A stretch of 64,000 nt of DNA. Source: Desulfobacterales bacterium. Lineage in GTDB: Bacteria; Desulfobacterota; Desulfobulbia; Desulfobulbales; JAGXFP01. The notes beneath the pieces were generated by a model, which worked only from the letters and a program-made list of their open reading frames with translations, was not told where the DNA came from and did not search any database. Position numbers and translations under genes: made by a program. Positions 9,492-19,550 of this stretch are shown in pieces (the first letter of the stretch is position 1; the number at the start of each line of letters is the position of its first letter). Where the stretch lies: NCBI GenBank assembly GCA_024637225.1, contig JAGXFP010000074.1, positions 6,704 to 70,703 of the forward strand. The letters run 5' to 3'.

Positions 9492-10526
9492 TCACCATTC
9501 TATACCGAGCATCAGACAGTTGATGCCGCTGCCGATGCCGAGCACCGCCGCCTTTTCACCTGCTTTGAGCCGGCCCTCTTCGATGCCCAGGGCCATGGTA
9601 ATCGGGGCTGAAACCGAGCCTACATTGCCGAGCCGGGCCAGGGTCTCATAATTGCGGCTCTGATCGAGCCCGAGGCTTTCGAAAAGAAGACGGGCATGGG
9701 CCGAGCCCACCTGATGACAGAAAAAACTGGTAATGGCCTCGGCACTCCATTCTGATTCGGCCAGGAAATCCCGCCAGGTTTCAGAGGCCGTTTCAACCCC
9801 TCGTTTAAGGAGCTCCTCGGAATCGGTGGCCATCAGGGTTCCGGAGGCGGAAACCTGGCCGCCTTGACAGAGGTCATTGAACGAGGTTTTGGCGCGATAA
9901 GTCGCGTTGATCAGGCGATGCCCGTGGTCCGGGTGTCCGGCACCGCCCATCACCAGAGCCACAGCGCCGGAGCCGATCGTCAACGAGGCAAAACTGTTTT
10001 TGATGCTTTTCCGGGTCACGGTCGGATTGTCCAGCAGGTCGGCAATGGTCGATTCGACCAGTTCCTCGGCGGTCTCGCCGGAAACGATCAGACCATTGGC
10101 GACCACCCCAAGTTCGATCATCCCGCCCAGGGTCACCATCCCGTTCAAAAAACCGAGGCAGGCGTTGGAAATATCGTAAACCAGACATTTTTCTGGCAGC
10201 CCCAGCTGGCGGTGGACAAAGGTGGCAGTGGCCGGTTCCATCATATTCCGGCTGACTCCGGTAAAAAAAAGGCACTCAAGCTCGGCCGGATCGATCCCCG
10301 CTGCCGCGATCGCCTTTCTGCCGGCCAGAACCGCCCCGTCGCTGGGCCGCATGCCTTCATCCCAGAAGCGCCGTTCCTTGATTCCGGACATCATTTCAAG
10401 ACGGCCGGGGGGCAGCTTCAGACGTTGGTAAAGCGGGGACAGCCGCTCTTCGAGCTGCGCCGAAGTTACCACCCGGGGCGGCAGTTCGTAACCGAAACCA
10501 TGGAGCCGGACCTTGTTGAACTTCAT
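9492..10526 (-). CDS. oleA: OleA, acyl-CoA:acyl-CoA condensing enzyme (FabH/thiolase fold)
   Basis: MEPATA (catalytic Glu), NACLG (Cys), HQVG (His), GNVGS and LGIGSGINC motifs. Confidence 0.9.
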   Translation of the reverse strand: MKFNKVRLHGFGYELPPRVVTSAQLEERLSPLYQRLKLPPGRLEMMSGIKERRFWDEGMRPSDGAVLAGRKAIAAAGIDPAELECLFFTGVSRNMMEPATATFVHRQLGLPEKCLVYDISNACLGFLNGMVTLGGMIELGVVANGLIVSGETAEELVESTIADLLDNPTVTRKSIKNSFASLTIGSGAVALVMGGAGHPDHGHRLINATYRAKTSFNDLCQGGQVSASGTLMATDSEELLKRGVETASETWRDFLAESEWSAEAITSFFCHQVGSAHARLLFESLGLDQSRNYETLARLGNVGSVSAPITMALGIEEGRLKAGEKAAVLGIGSGINCLMLGIEW

Positions 10527-11329
10527 CAGCCGATAGTCCCGCTGACGATCTCGGAATCGAAATAGTTAACCGCCATCCCGGCGTCAATCACAATGGCCTG
10601 GGTGTTGATTCCGGAGGAGCGTTCCGAGAGCAGGAAGGCGGCCGCGTCGGCCACTTCAGTGGTTTCCAGGGCCCGTTTCCGTAAAGTGGCCTTCTCGGCG
10701 TAAAGATAACTGTCGACATAACCGGGGATGCCGGCCGAGGCCGAGGTCTTGAGCAGTCCCGGGCAGACCGCGTTAAATCTCACGTTGGAAAAGGCGGCGA
10801 AGCTTTTCGCCAAGAAACACAGCGAAGATTCGAGAGCCGCCTTGACCGGCGCCATGTAACCGTAGTTTTCGGAAGCCATCCTGGTAGTGGAGATGGAAAT
10901 GGTGATTATGGAGGCGTTGCCGGCAAGCAGATTCTTGAAATGGTTAGCAATGGAGATAAAGGAAAAACAGGAGATGTCCATGGCCTGGAGAAAATCTTTC
11001 TTCACCGTTTCGTGAAAGGGTTTGATTCCTTCCGAATAATTGGCGAAGGCGATGGAATGGACGATGCCCGCCAGTTTTCGACCGTCAAGAAAACTCTTGA
11101 TCTCTTTACTCAGCTGGACAATGTTTTCTTCCCGCTCGACATCGCAGATAAATACCCTGGAGTCCGGGAAAAGCTTGTCGGCGGCGGCGAGACGCTGCTC
11201 GGAGCGGACCACATGGATAACCTCCGCCCCCTCCTCGACCAGAACCCTGCCGATCGCGCAGGCCACCGACTTGCGATTAGCCAGGCCGAAAACCACGAAT
11301 GTTTTACCTGCAAGTCCTAGAAAACCCAA
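10526..11329 (-). CDS. fabI: Enoyl-ACP reductase (FabI-like)
   Basis: [28 protein letters not shown] and KTSASAGI motifs; stop overlaps the oleA start. Confidence 0.85.
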   Translation of the reverse strand: MGFLGLAGKTFVVFGLANRKSVACAIGRVLVEEGAEVIHVVRSEQRLAAADKLFPDSRVFICDVEREENIVQLSKEIKSFLDGRKLAGIVHSIAFANYSEGIKPFHETVKKDFLQAMDISCFSFISIANHFKNLLAGNASIITISISTTRMASENYGYMAPVKAALESSLCFLAKSFAAFSNVRFNAVCPGLLKTSASAGIPGYVDSYLYAEKATLRKRALETTEVADAAAFLLSERSSGINTQAIVIDAGMAVNYFDSEIVSGTIG

Positions 11330-11371
11330 TGCGCTGCTCCTTGGTCTTGTCCGCTCAAATCCATGTCCGTT

Positions 11372-12778
11372 TCAGCTCCGCAGATAGGCGTCGGCGTCGT
11401 TGGCGACGATGACCCCGTAATTGATGGCGCCGAGCCAGCCGGACATGATGATCCCGACCGAACCAACATGAAAAAGGCCCTTGACGTCGTTAAACAGGGA
11501 GCGGGACACCTCGAGCCCTTCGAATTTGGTGCCGAAGGAAGTGCCCTTGGTGTGGAGGGTATAGCGCTGAAAAGTCTTGGGGGTCGCCGCCTCCAGCCAG
11601 TCGCATTTTTGGCGGATATCGGGGATATATCTTTCCAGATCGACGAGACTCCGCTCGATCATCTTCTCCTTTTCTTTCTGATAGCGTTCCTCCGGCAGAC
11701 CGGCCCAGTCGTCGTAGCGGGCGTTCATCGAGGCGACCACCGTATAGCGGTCATGGCCCGGCCTGGTCTTCGGATAATAGAGGGAAAAGGTCCGGCTGCG
11801 AGTTTCCATGTCGAGCATCTCGTCGACATCGTAGGCCGGGGCCGTCGAGGTGAAGAGGAGATCGCCGATATCGTTGAGCCTCTCCCCTTCCCTGATCCCC
11901 ATGTAGACCTGACAGCTGGAATTATTGACCTGGACCGGCTTGATCTTTTCGAGGAATTCGGCGGAGAACGATGCGCGCCCGGCCAGGTCGTCGATCGTAT
12001 TGAGGATGCCGGCGTTCGAGACCACGCAGGCCGTTTCGATAAAGCGGCCGTCGATCTCGACTCCCCGGACCCGCCCCTGGTCGATGACGATCCGTTCCGC
12101 CCGGGAATTCGTGCAGATGGTCACCCCGTTCTTTTCCAGTTCCTCGACCATCATCTCGATAAGCTTGTCGGTGCCGCCGCTGAAGGTGAAGACCCCCTTG
12201 TTCATGAAGTTGGAGAAGACGATGCCGTAGGTGATCGCCGGATCGTTGAAATTTGAGCCGTTGGCATAGCTGATCGGCTCCATCAGCAGCCGATGGACAT
12301 CGCTGCGGCCAGGGAAAAACTGCTCGAAAAGTTCCCGGGTCGTCATGGTCCGGTCGTCATAGAAATTCATCCCGGCCACGGTGTTGAAAAAATCGTCGAC
12401 CGAGGCGCGGGCTACCTTGAACCGGTTGGTAAGGATCGAGGTGAAGTCCACCTTGTCGAAGGTGGTCCTGATGGTGAACTGGGGGTTGTCGAAAACGATA
12501 TTGTTCAACTGGACGATCGAATCCATGATCGCCCGGTTCCAGTACTTGCGGCAGGTCTTTATCATCCCGTGGGGAAAGCCGTGCAGGGAGATATCGAAGA
12601 TATGACCCCGGCGCTTGAACCAGGTGGCCAGGCCGCCTAGGCGGTGATGATGTTCGGTCAGCAGGACCCGGTGGCCGGCGTTGGCCAGGCGATTGGCGGT
12701 GGTGAGGCCGCCCAGGCCGGAGCCGATTACCACCACATCGTATTTGTCGGCGGCATTTTCGATGGATTTATAAGGCAT
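11372..12778 (-). CDS. Phytoene desaturase (CrtI)-like FAD-dependent oxidoreductase
   Basis: [11 protein letters not shown]...LGG dinucleotide fold, [10 protein letters not shown]-terminal GWLGAINYG. Confidence 0.8.
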   Translation of the reverse strand: MPYKSIENAADKYDVVVIGSGLGGLTTANRLANAGHRVLLTEHHHRLGGLATWFKRRGHIFDISLHGFPHGMIKTCRKYWNRAIMDSIVQLNNIVFDNPQFTIRTTFDKVDFTSILTNRFKVARASVDDFFNTVAGMNFYDDRTMTTRELFEQFFPGRSDVHRLLMEPISYANGSNFNDPAITYGIVFSNFMNKGVFTFSGGTDKLIEMMVEELEKNGVTICTNSRAERIVIDQGRVRGVEIDGRFIETACVVSNAGILNTIDDLAGRASFSAEFLEKIKPVQVNNSSCQVYMGIREGERLNDIGDLLFTSTAPAYDVDEMLDMETRSRTFSLYYPKTRPGHDRYTVVASMNARYDDWAGLPEERYQKEKEKMIERSLVDLERYIPDIRQKCDWLEAATPKTFQRYTLHTKGTSFGTKFEGLEVSRSLFNDVKGLFHVGSVGIIMSGWLGAINYGVIVANDADAYLRS

Positions 12779-12781
12779 GTT

Positions 12782-14179
12782 TCAATTTTCTTTGAAGATA
12801 TGTTTGTTTACCATGGTCACTCCGGAAAGCATCGCGCCGACTATGCCCAGATACCCCTGATCGGTCCCGGCCACAAAGAGGTTGGAGAGTGGTGTGGTCC
12901 CTTCCTTGAGCTTAACGGGGCTGCCATAGATCGCCCCGTTGACCTTGCCGGTGAATTTCTCGATAGTGGTCGGCGTGAAGACATCCTGATATACTACTTT
13001 TTCCCGATAATTCCCAATGATTTCCCCGACCCTTTCGGAAGAGCGATCCGCCCAGAATTGCTTCTTTGCCGCGTATTTTACCGGGTCGAACGATTTCCAG
13101 ACCTCGTAGTTGGCCGGATGGGTGACCCGGAGCTGGAACTCGGCCCCCGGTTCGAGGTCCCGGAAGTTTTCCGGAAAGCAGATGACCCCGCAGTCGACAT
13201 TGACCGCCTGCTCGGGGCGCCGGTAATCGAAGGGCTCATCGAGGTTGTAGAAAATGATGGTCTCATCGCCGCGCAGATCCTTCCGGCACTCGGCAGGCAG
13301 GACATTGATGATCTCTACAAAACTCATCCGGCCGCCGTACCGGGCCGCCTCTTCGGCCGGAGCATTATCCCCGGCCATAAACCCGAGAGTGGCGGGATAG
13401 CCGGCGGTTGAAATAACCTGCCGACAGGCAATCTCCTCACCCGATTCGAGGAGAACCGCGCCGACCAGGCCACCGCTGATCCAGAAGCGCTTGACCGGGG
13501 CGCGGAATCTGATCTCGCCGCCCAAGGCCCGATAATGGTCGAGCAGGGTATCCAGGAAATCCTTGATGGTCCCGGCCGGCCGGAAAAATCCTTCCAGGTA
13601 AACCGCCTGGAACATGATGACGAACTGGTCGAAATCCATGTCATGTTCGTTGCAGCTGCCGTACATCATCAGGGGCCAGAGCAGCATGTTCGTCAGGCGC
13701 TCGTTGTCGAGAATCGCCGCCAGGCGGTCCCTGGCCGAGGCCCAGGGCCGGTCGACGAAGGGATCATGGCTGCTGACCAGTTCGACCAGAGCATTGAAGC
13801 GGTCGAGCGATTCAGGGAACAATCGCTTCACTTCGCGGCGCAGAAGATCAAGGTCGTTGGAAAAGGACAGAGTATGGTGGTCGGGAAAGTAAATGGTGGA
13901 ACGCAGCTGCTGGTGGGTGGGAAATTTCTTGCGGGAAAGCTTCAGCTGGCGGAACAGGCGGTTTAAAGGCGCCGATTTACTGCCTGGCGGCGCGTAATTT
14001 GTCATGGCGTGGAGGCCGGTTTCGAGGAGGCGGCCCTGCCGGAAGTAATAGGAATTAAGGCCGCCGGGGATCGTGTGTTTTTCGAGGATCAGGACCTTGA
14101 AGCCGAAGCGGGCCAAGCGAATACCGGCGGCAAGACCGGAAAGACCACCGCCGATGATTATCTGATCGTAGGAGACCAA
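12782..14179 (-). CDS. Phytoene desaturase (CrtI)-like FAD-dependent oxidoreductase
   Basis: IIGGGLSGL..EKHTIPGG, TPTTIEKFT..NGAIYG and GIVGAMLSG motifs; TTG start. Confidence 0.8.
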   Translation of the reverse strand: MVSYDQIIIGGGLSGLAAGIRLARFGFKVLILEKHTIPGGLNSYYFRQGRLLETGLHAMTNYAPPGSKSAPLNRLFRQLKLSRKKFPTHQQLRSTIYFPDHHTLSFSNDLDLLRREVKRLFPESLDRFNALVELVSSHDPFVDRPWASARDRLAAILDNERLTNMLLWPLMMYGSCNEHDMDFDQFVIMFQAVYLEGFFRPAGTIKDFLDTLLDHYRALGGEIRFRAPVKRFWISGGLVGAVLLESGEEIACRQVISTAGYPATLGFMAGDNAPAEEAARYGGRMSFVEIINVLPAECRKDLRGDETIIFYNLDEPFDYRRPEQAVNVDCGVICFPENFRDLEPGAEFQLRVTHPANYEVWKSFDPVKYAAKKQFWADRSSERVGEIIGNYREKVVYQDVFTPTTIEKFTGKVNGAIYGSPVKLKEGTTPLSNLFVAGTDQGYLGIVGAMLSGVTMVNKHIFKEN

Positions 14180-14184
14180 GTGCT

Positions 14185-14436
14185 TTAAACGTCCTTCAGG
14201 CGGGGCTCCAGATAATTTACGCAGCTGGAAAGGGAAGCAAGTTCGGGATAGTCGCCTTCCGGAATCTGAAGCTGATAACGTTTTCGAAGCTCCATGACTA
14301 TATCAAGAAAATCCATGGAGTCAAGATCGAGCTGGTCTCGCAACGGTGCATCAGCATTGAGGTTTTCGACTTCGCCATCCTCGTCAATATCCTGGATAAT
14401 CTCCAGAACAACGTCCTTGATCTCGTCCCTTGTCAT
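14185..14436 (-). CDS. Acyl carrier protein
   Basis: 83 aa, acidic, LDLDSMD phosphopantetheine site. Confidence 0.93.
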   Translation of the reverse strand: MTRDEIKDVVLEIIQDIDEDGEVENLNADAPLRDQLDLDSMDFLDIVMELRKRYQLQIPEGDYPELASLSSCVNYLEPRLKDV

Positions 14437-14695
14437 TAAATATTCCCCAAGAATCGGAAACGGCCGCTTGAGTACGACCGGATCTAAACCGTAAATTAAA
14501 CCTGATTACAACTCATCTTAGCTGATCACCGGCATGTTCCCAAACAGCGAACAACTAACCTGAGCAATTACAGGGTGAGGCAGATGCACCCATAAAGGGC
14601 ATAAGTTTTAAAGGCTCATCAATTATCGCAACAAAGCGTCCTGAGCCACTTACACCCGGTATCTTTTACAAATCTTTGACTTACAAAAGCGGGAT

Positions 14696-14723
14696 ATAAT
14701 AGCACAAATAAATAATTTGTAAA
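14696..14723 (-). promoter_or_regulatory. Putative sigma70 promoter for acp and downstream genes
   Basis: Minus strand TTTACA-16 nt-TATTAT with an extended -10 TG. Confidence 0.4.
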
Positions 14724-14736
14724 TCAGAGTGTTGCT

Positions 14737-15981
14737 CTATTCGTATTTTTTTATAATGACCACGGAGTTGATCCCCACCATGCCGAAGGAATTGTTGAGA
14801 ATAGCCTTGACCGCTTTAAGCTCGACCGGCCGGTTGGCGACGATGTTGGGCAGCTCGCACTCGGGATCGGGATCGTCGAGATTGATGGTGGGATGGACCA
14901 GATTGTCTTCAAAGGCAGGCAGGTTGCCGGCCAGTTCCAAAACCCCGGCCGCCCCCATGGCATGTCCGATGATGGACTTGGTGTTGTTTATATAGGTAGA
15001 GGGTGAATTGCCGAACACCTCGCGGATCGCCCGGCACTCCTCGATGTCGCCCTGCCTGGTACCGGTGGCATGGGTATTGACGATATCGATATCGTCGGGA
15101 TTGAGACCACCCTTGGCCAAAGCCTTGCGCATGCACTCCGATTGCCGGGGGCCGTAAGGGAGGACGAAGTCGCGGGCGTCGGAATTCATCGCGTAACCTG
15201 CAATCTCACCATAAATTCTGGCGCCGCGCCCCTTGGCCCGGTCCAGGCGCTCCAGGGTGTAGATGCAGCCGCCCTCGGAGATGACAATACCGTTTCTGGC
15301 CATATCGAAGGGACGGCTCGCCTTGGTGGGATCAACATGTTGGGCGAGGGCGCCCTGGGCCTTGAAGCTGGCGAAGATCCCGAAAGAGCCGACGCACTCG
15401 GAAATGCCGCCGCAGAGGGCCAGATCGACCTCGCCAAGCAGCAACATCTGGGCTCCCTGGATAAGGGCGGCGTTGCCGGCCGCGCAGGCTGCGCCCACCG
15501 AATAATGGGGTCCGGTGATCCCCAGGCTCATGGTCACCTCGCCGGCCGGATTGTTGAGGACGGTCCGGGGATTGTGGTGATGAGTCCAGTAGTCGGTGTT
15601 GTAATCGAACTGACTTATATTGTAGACCTCGTTTTCGGTCTCCACCGTGCCGTGCTCGGTCAGGCCGAGATAAACCCCGGTTTTATCCTTGTCATACTCG
15701 CTGAAATCGATCCCGGCATCATTAACGGCCTCGTGGGCGCAGTAGACGCTGATGCAACCCGCCCTGGTTCCCCGCTTATTTTCCTTTTTCTTGCGGTATC
15801 TGGTTTCGGCAAAGGTACAGACCCCGGCCGGCGCCGGATCCATATAACGCAAATCGATGGTGGTAATTTCGCTTTGCCCCTTGAGAAGCTTTTCGCGATA
15901 TTCGGTCAGATTCGAAGCATTCGGTGCGGCAAGGCCGACCCCGGTGATCACGATTCTTTGATTGTCAGGTTTTCCTGTCAT
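14737..15981 (-). CDS. fabF: Beta-ketoacyl-ACP synthase (FabF/FabB family)
   Basis: GAACAAG (Cys), HATGT, KSIIGHAMGAAG and NNSFG motifs. Confidence 0.88.
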   Translation of the reverse strand: MTGKPDNQRIVITGVGLAAPNASNLTEYREKLLKGQSEITTIDLRYMDPAPAGVCTFAETRYRKKKENKRGTRAGCISVYCAHEAVNDAGIDFSEYDKDKTGVYLGLTEHGTVETENEVYNISQFDYNTDYWTHHHNPRTVLNNPAGEVTMSLGITGPHYSVGAACAAGNAALIQGAQMLLLGEVDLALCGGISECVGSFGIFASFKAQGALAQHVDPTKASRPFDMARNGIVISEGGCIYTLERLDRAKGRGARIYGEIAGYAMNSDARDFVLPYGPRQSECMRKALAKGGLNPDDIDIVNTHATGTRQGDIEECRAIREVFGNSPSTYINNTKSIIGHAMGAAGVLELAGNLPAFEDNLVHPTINLDDPDPECELPNIVANRPVELKAVKAILNNSFGMVGINSVVIIKKYE

Positions 15982-16014
15982 CTTGAATATCCTGTTCTAG
16001 TTTAAAAATGAGGG

Positions 16015-16043
16015 AATATAGCGAAGTTAAAAGGTTATGTCGA
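16015..16043 (-). promoter_or_regulatory. Putative sigma70 promoter for fabF
   Basis: Minus strand TCGACA-17 nt-TATATT, ending about 33 bp upstream of the start. Confidence 0.5.
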
Positions 16044-16074
16044 TAACAAGATCAAAACGGCCGCTCAAATGATC

Positions 16075-16294
16075 CCAGAATCCGTGACGGCTTAGCGGGA
16101 AATTTTGTTTTATTCGTCTGTTGTTACGTAAAATAATCGTTTTTCCCCGGGTTGCCTCAATTCACCCAGCCGCCCTGCGGGGCGCCCTATAACGGCGCAT
16201 CTGCCGCGTTGGCAACTCGTTGATATACCATTAGTATTATCAACATCGTTGCCGCCTTGCATCTGCACCGTTCTCGAACGCTCACGGATTCAGG
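16075..16294 (-). mobile_element. MITE-like element, family D (about 220 bp)
   Basis: 13-bp TIR-like ends cc(a/t)gaatccgtga / tcacggattcagg; close copy at 57795-58070. Confidence 0.8.
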
Positions 16295-18138
16295 CGATCG
16301 CCTTGGTACTCGGGGACGATTTGCCGGAGATGCTCGATCAGGGCGGAAATATCCCTGCTCGAGGCGGAGCGGTGCAGGGCGGCAAGCTCTTCCTGCAACC
16401 ATTGCCAGTCGACCTCCCGGCTGCTGGCCAGGAAGAGTTTCGGGTGGTTGGTTTTTTGCAGATTTTCCCGTTCATGGAAGATCTCCTCGAAGAGCTTCTC
16501 CCCGGGGCGCAGGCCGGTATAAATAATTTCGATATCCTGGCCCGGCACCAGTCCGGAGAGCCTGATCATCTCCTCGGCCAGTTCGCGAATCAGCATGGGC
16601 TCGCCCATATCGAGGACGAAGATCTCGCCACCCCGGCCCATCGCGCCGGCCTGGAGGATCAGACCGACCGATTCCGGAATGGTCATGAAGTAGCGGGTAA
16701 TATCCGGATGGGTGACGGTTAGCGGGCCGCCGGCCAGGATCTGCTTTTCGAAGAGCGGCACAACCGAGCCGGCCGAGCCGAGAACATTACCGAAGCGGGT
16801 CGTGATAAACCGGGTTTGCGAGCGCTTGGCCAGATTCTGGCAGTAGATCTCGGCGATCCGCTTGGTGGTCCCCATCACGTTGGCGGGATTGACTGCCTTG
16901 TCGGTGGAAACCAGGACAAAGGTCTCGGCCCGGTAAAGATGGGCGGCATCGGCGACCACCTTGGAACCTGTAACGTTATTGATCACCCCCTCGGCGGGAT
17001 TGAGCTCGATCATCGGCACATGTTTATAGGCCGCGGCATGAAAAACCACCTGGGGCGCGAACTCCTTGAAGAGCCAATCCACCCTGTCCGGATTTTTCAC
17101 GTCGCCGAGCACCGTGGCAATCTTAAGATCGGGAAAGGAGCTCCGCAACTCGTGGTCGATGGTGTAGATATTAAATTCGCCATGATCCAGAATGATCAGC
17201 CTGGATGGCTGTTGCCCGGCAATCTGCCGGCATAGTTCCGAACCGATCGAGCCGCCGGCCCCGGTCACCAGGACCGCTTTGCCTTCAAGATAATTGGCGA
17301 TGGCCCGGTAATCGAGCTCGACCGCGTCCCTGCCCAGCAGGTCCTCCAGGGTCACCGCCCGCAGCTGATCGGCCTGGACCGTATCGCCGGACAGTTCGGC
17401 CAGGGACGGCAGGGTTTTACACCTAACCCCGATCCGGCTGCACTCGCCGACCAGTTTCTTGATCGTAGCGGGATCGGCCGAGGGGATGGCGAGAAGCACC
17501 AGTCCGATCTCGTAGAGCAGGACAACTTCCTCGATCCGGTCCAGGCCGCCGTAAACCCGCACCCCGTGCAGCTCCCGTTTATGCTTATGCGGATCGTCAT
17601 CGACCAGGGCGACCGGTTGAAATTCCGGTTTATGGAGCAGGTCGCGAAGCAGCAGTTCGGCCGCCTGACCGGCGCCAACCACCAGGGTACGCACCCCTTC
17701 CTGTTTGTTGAGCCGAAGCTTGCGGTCTTTCAACAATCGATAGCACAGGCGGGTGCCGGCCAGACCGATGATCAGAAAGAGCGGGCTCAGGAGCAGAACC
17801 GTCCTGGGAATTCCCTGCAGGCGGAAGAAGATAAAGGCGAAGAGATTGACGATCAGGCCGCCAAGCAGAACCGCCTTGACGATCCTGATCAGATCCGGCA
17901 GAGAGGCGTATCGCCAGATCCCCCTGTACAGGCTGAACAACCGGAAAATAACGGCATGAACCAATAACGACAGCGGCAGCAGACGGTAGAAGCCGTTCAG
18001 GAACTCGGCGGGGATTTCCTGGAGATTGAAGCGGAACCAGAAGGCCAGAAACAAGGTCGCCGGCACCCAGAATAAATCGTGCAGAAACGCGGCCCAACGA
18101 TTGAATATTAATTTTGAAAGGTAACTCTTGATCACCAA
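16282..18138 (-). CDS. Membrane-bound UDP-GlcNAc 4,6-dehydratase (PglF/WbpM/CapD family)
   Basis: N-terminal transmembrane segments; TGAGGSIGSE, HAAAYKHVP, STDKAV and RFGNVLGS motifs. Confidence 0.92.
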   Translation of the reverse strand: MVIKSYLSKLIFNRWAAFLHDLFWVPATLFLAFWFRFNLQEIPAEFLNGFYRLLPLSLLVHAVIFRLFSLYRGIWRYASLPDLIRIVKAVLLGGLIVNLFAFIFFRLQGIPRTVLLLSPLFLIIGLAGTRLCYRLLKDRKLRLNKQEGVRTLVVGAGQAAELLLRDLLHKPEFQPVALVDDDPHKHKRELHGVRVYGGLDRIEEVVLLYEIGLVLLAIPSADPATIKKLVGECSRIGVRCKTLPSLAELSGDTVQADQLRAVTLEDLLGRDAVELDYRAIANYLEGKAVLVTGAGGSIGSELCRQIAGQQPSRLIILDHGEFNIYTIDHELRSSFPDLKIATVLGDVKNPDRVDWLFKEFAPQVVFHAAAYKHVPMIELNPAEGVINNVTGSKVVADAAHLYRAETFVLVSTDKAVNPANVMGTTKRIAEIYCQNLAKRSQTRFITTRFGNVLGSAGSVVPLFEKQILAGGPLTVTHPDITRYFMTIPESVGLILQAGAMGRGGEIFVLDMGEPMLIRELAEEMIRLSGLVPGQDIEIIYTGLRPGEKLFEEIFHERENLQKTNHPKLFLASSREVDWQWLQEELAALHRSASSRDISALIEHLRQIVPEYQGDRLNP

Positions 18139-18166
18139 CGCTACTCCGTTCCGATATGATTTTTAT

Positions 18167-18328
18167 ATGGCTATGAATCAGACTTAGCTAAAAATTAGAT
18201 TTTTCACGGTGCTCCGTTGATGGGCACTGGATTCCGGCTTACAAAATACCGGAATGACATTTAATACGCCGGGGCCGTCATTCCCGCACGTTTTCAGCGG
18301 GAATCCAGAAGTTGAAGCTGAGTTTAAT
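18167..18328 (+). repeat. About 160-bp composite repeat containing CGTC palindromes
   Basis: Reverse complement of 35960-36121. Confidence 0.8.
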
Positions 18329-18389
18329 ATTGAGCCCACTTATTTTTATAGCGTCACCACGAGGAGCGACAAGACGGGAATTCCGGTCT

Positions 18390-18536
18390 CCCCCCTCACT
18401 CCTAACCCCTCATCTATCCTTAAACCTTGAACCTTGCAGCTGAAATTAACCTGTCCTCAACCGCGGTTAGAAGTTGTCTTATAACTTGAGGCTTTCAGCT
18501 TGAAGCTTGCGGCTGTCCTCAACCTTGAACCTGTCC
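18390..18536. repeat. Heptamer arrays (CCTCACT and AACCTTG types)
   Basis: cctcactcctaacccctca is identical to 60843-60861; aaccttg/gcttgaa units run up to the stop at 18537. Confidence 0.7.
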
Positions 18537-19097
18537 TTAATGCGAAACCCCTTCCCGCGCCACTATCTTCAAAAAGGTGCGCCACAATATCCGCAGATCA
18601 AAGCACAATGAGCGCCGGTGCAGATACTCCGCATCGAGCTGCACCTTCTCGGGGATCGGCAGTTCGTCCCGCCCGTTAATCTGGGCCCAGCCGGTCAAGC
18701 CCGGCATCAGTTGATCCACGCCGTATCGGGTGCGCAAGGCAATCAGATCTTCCTGATTGAACAGGGCCGGCCGCGGGCCGACAAAGCTCATGTCGCCCCT
18801 GAAGATGCTCCATAACTGGGGCAGTTCGTCCAGGCTGGACCTGCGGAGAAAGGTGCCTATCGGAGTGAGGTGCGCAGCCGGATCGGCAAGCAGATGCGTC
18901 GCCACCGCCGGGGTACCCACCCGCATGCTGCGAAACTTGGGCATCCTGAAAATCCGGTTATGCCGCCCGACCCGGTTGGACCAGTATAAAACCGGCCCCG
19001 CGGAGGTCAGCTTAACCAGCAAGGCCACCAGGACAAGCGGCAGCGCCAGGACCAACGCGGCCGGAACGGCCAGAATAAGATCAAAGACTCTTTTCAT
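18537..19097 (-). CDS. Initiating sugar-1-phosphate transferase (bacterial sugar transferase family)
   Basis: KRVFD, KFRSM, SLDELPQL, GDMSFVGPRP and PGLTGWAQ motifs; start at ATG 19097. Confidence 0.92.
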   Translation of the reverse strand: MKRVFDLILAVPAALVLALPLVLVALLVKLTSAGPVLYWSNRVGRHNRIFRMPKFRSMRVGTPAVATHLLADPAAHLTPIGTFLRRSSLDELPQLWSIFRGDMSFVGPRPALFNQEDLIALRTRYGVDQLMPGLTGWAQINGRDELPIPEKVQLDAEYLHRRSLCFDLRILWRTFLKIVAREGVSH

Positions 19098-19218
19098 GCA
19101 AAACCTGTTATCCGCGACGCAATCCTTCGTCACCAGAAGACAACTTCAAACCGAGCTATGTCCGGGGTCCTGAAAATAAGCTCAATAACATCCCGATTTT
19201 CTATAAAAGTCGCCAAAG

Positions 19219-19366
19219 ACTTGATAAACTCGCAAAAAATGATTTGCTACGTCATTGCGAGGAGCAAAGCGACGAAGCAATCCAGTGTTTTCAGCTTATT
19301 ACATCTTTCTGGATTGCTTCGCTACGCTCGCAATGACTAGATTTTCGACTTTTTGCGAATCATCAT
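19219..19366. mobile_element. MITE-like element with family B ends carrying a gtcattgcgagg palindrome
   Basis: ttgataaactcgcaaaaa ... gtcattgcgaggagc..gctcgcaatgac ... ctttttgcgaatcatca; similar to 62138-62282. Confidence 0.7.
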
Positions 19367-19368
19367 TT

Positions 19369-19550
19369 TTGACAAGTTCGCAAAAAGTCAAAATGCCATA
19401 CCTATTGCCGGGTGAAAATCGTCATATCCAAGGCGCGCATTTCGAGAAATGAAGCATACTCAGGTACACGCTGCAATGACACGACAATTTACAGCAACAC
19501 AGGAGCTGGCGATTTATGCCCTTCAGGGTGCTTTTTGCTTAGCCATCATT
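19369..19550 (+). mobile_element. MITE-like element, family B (diverged)
   Basis: Aligns by eye with 8048-8205. Confidence 0.7.

Noticed and set aside
11372-14179. Carotenoid biosynthesis
   Set aside because: No crtB or crtE; the context is ACP, FAS and ole.
14674-14700. Plus-strand promoter TTGACT..TATAAT
   Set aside because: 13-nt spacer is too short and no plus-strand gene follows.
16187-16402. Shared peptide in ORFs at 16187-16402 and 57426-57980, and similar short ORFs at 42235 and 62211
   Set aside because: Translations of MITE sequence, not genes.
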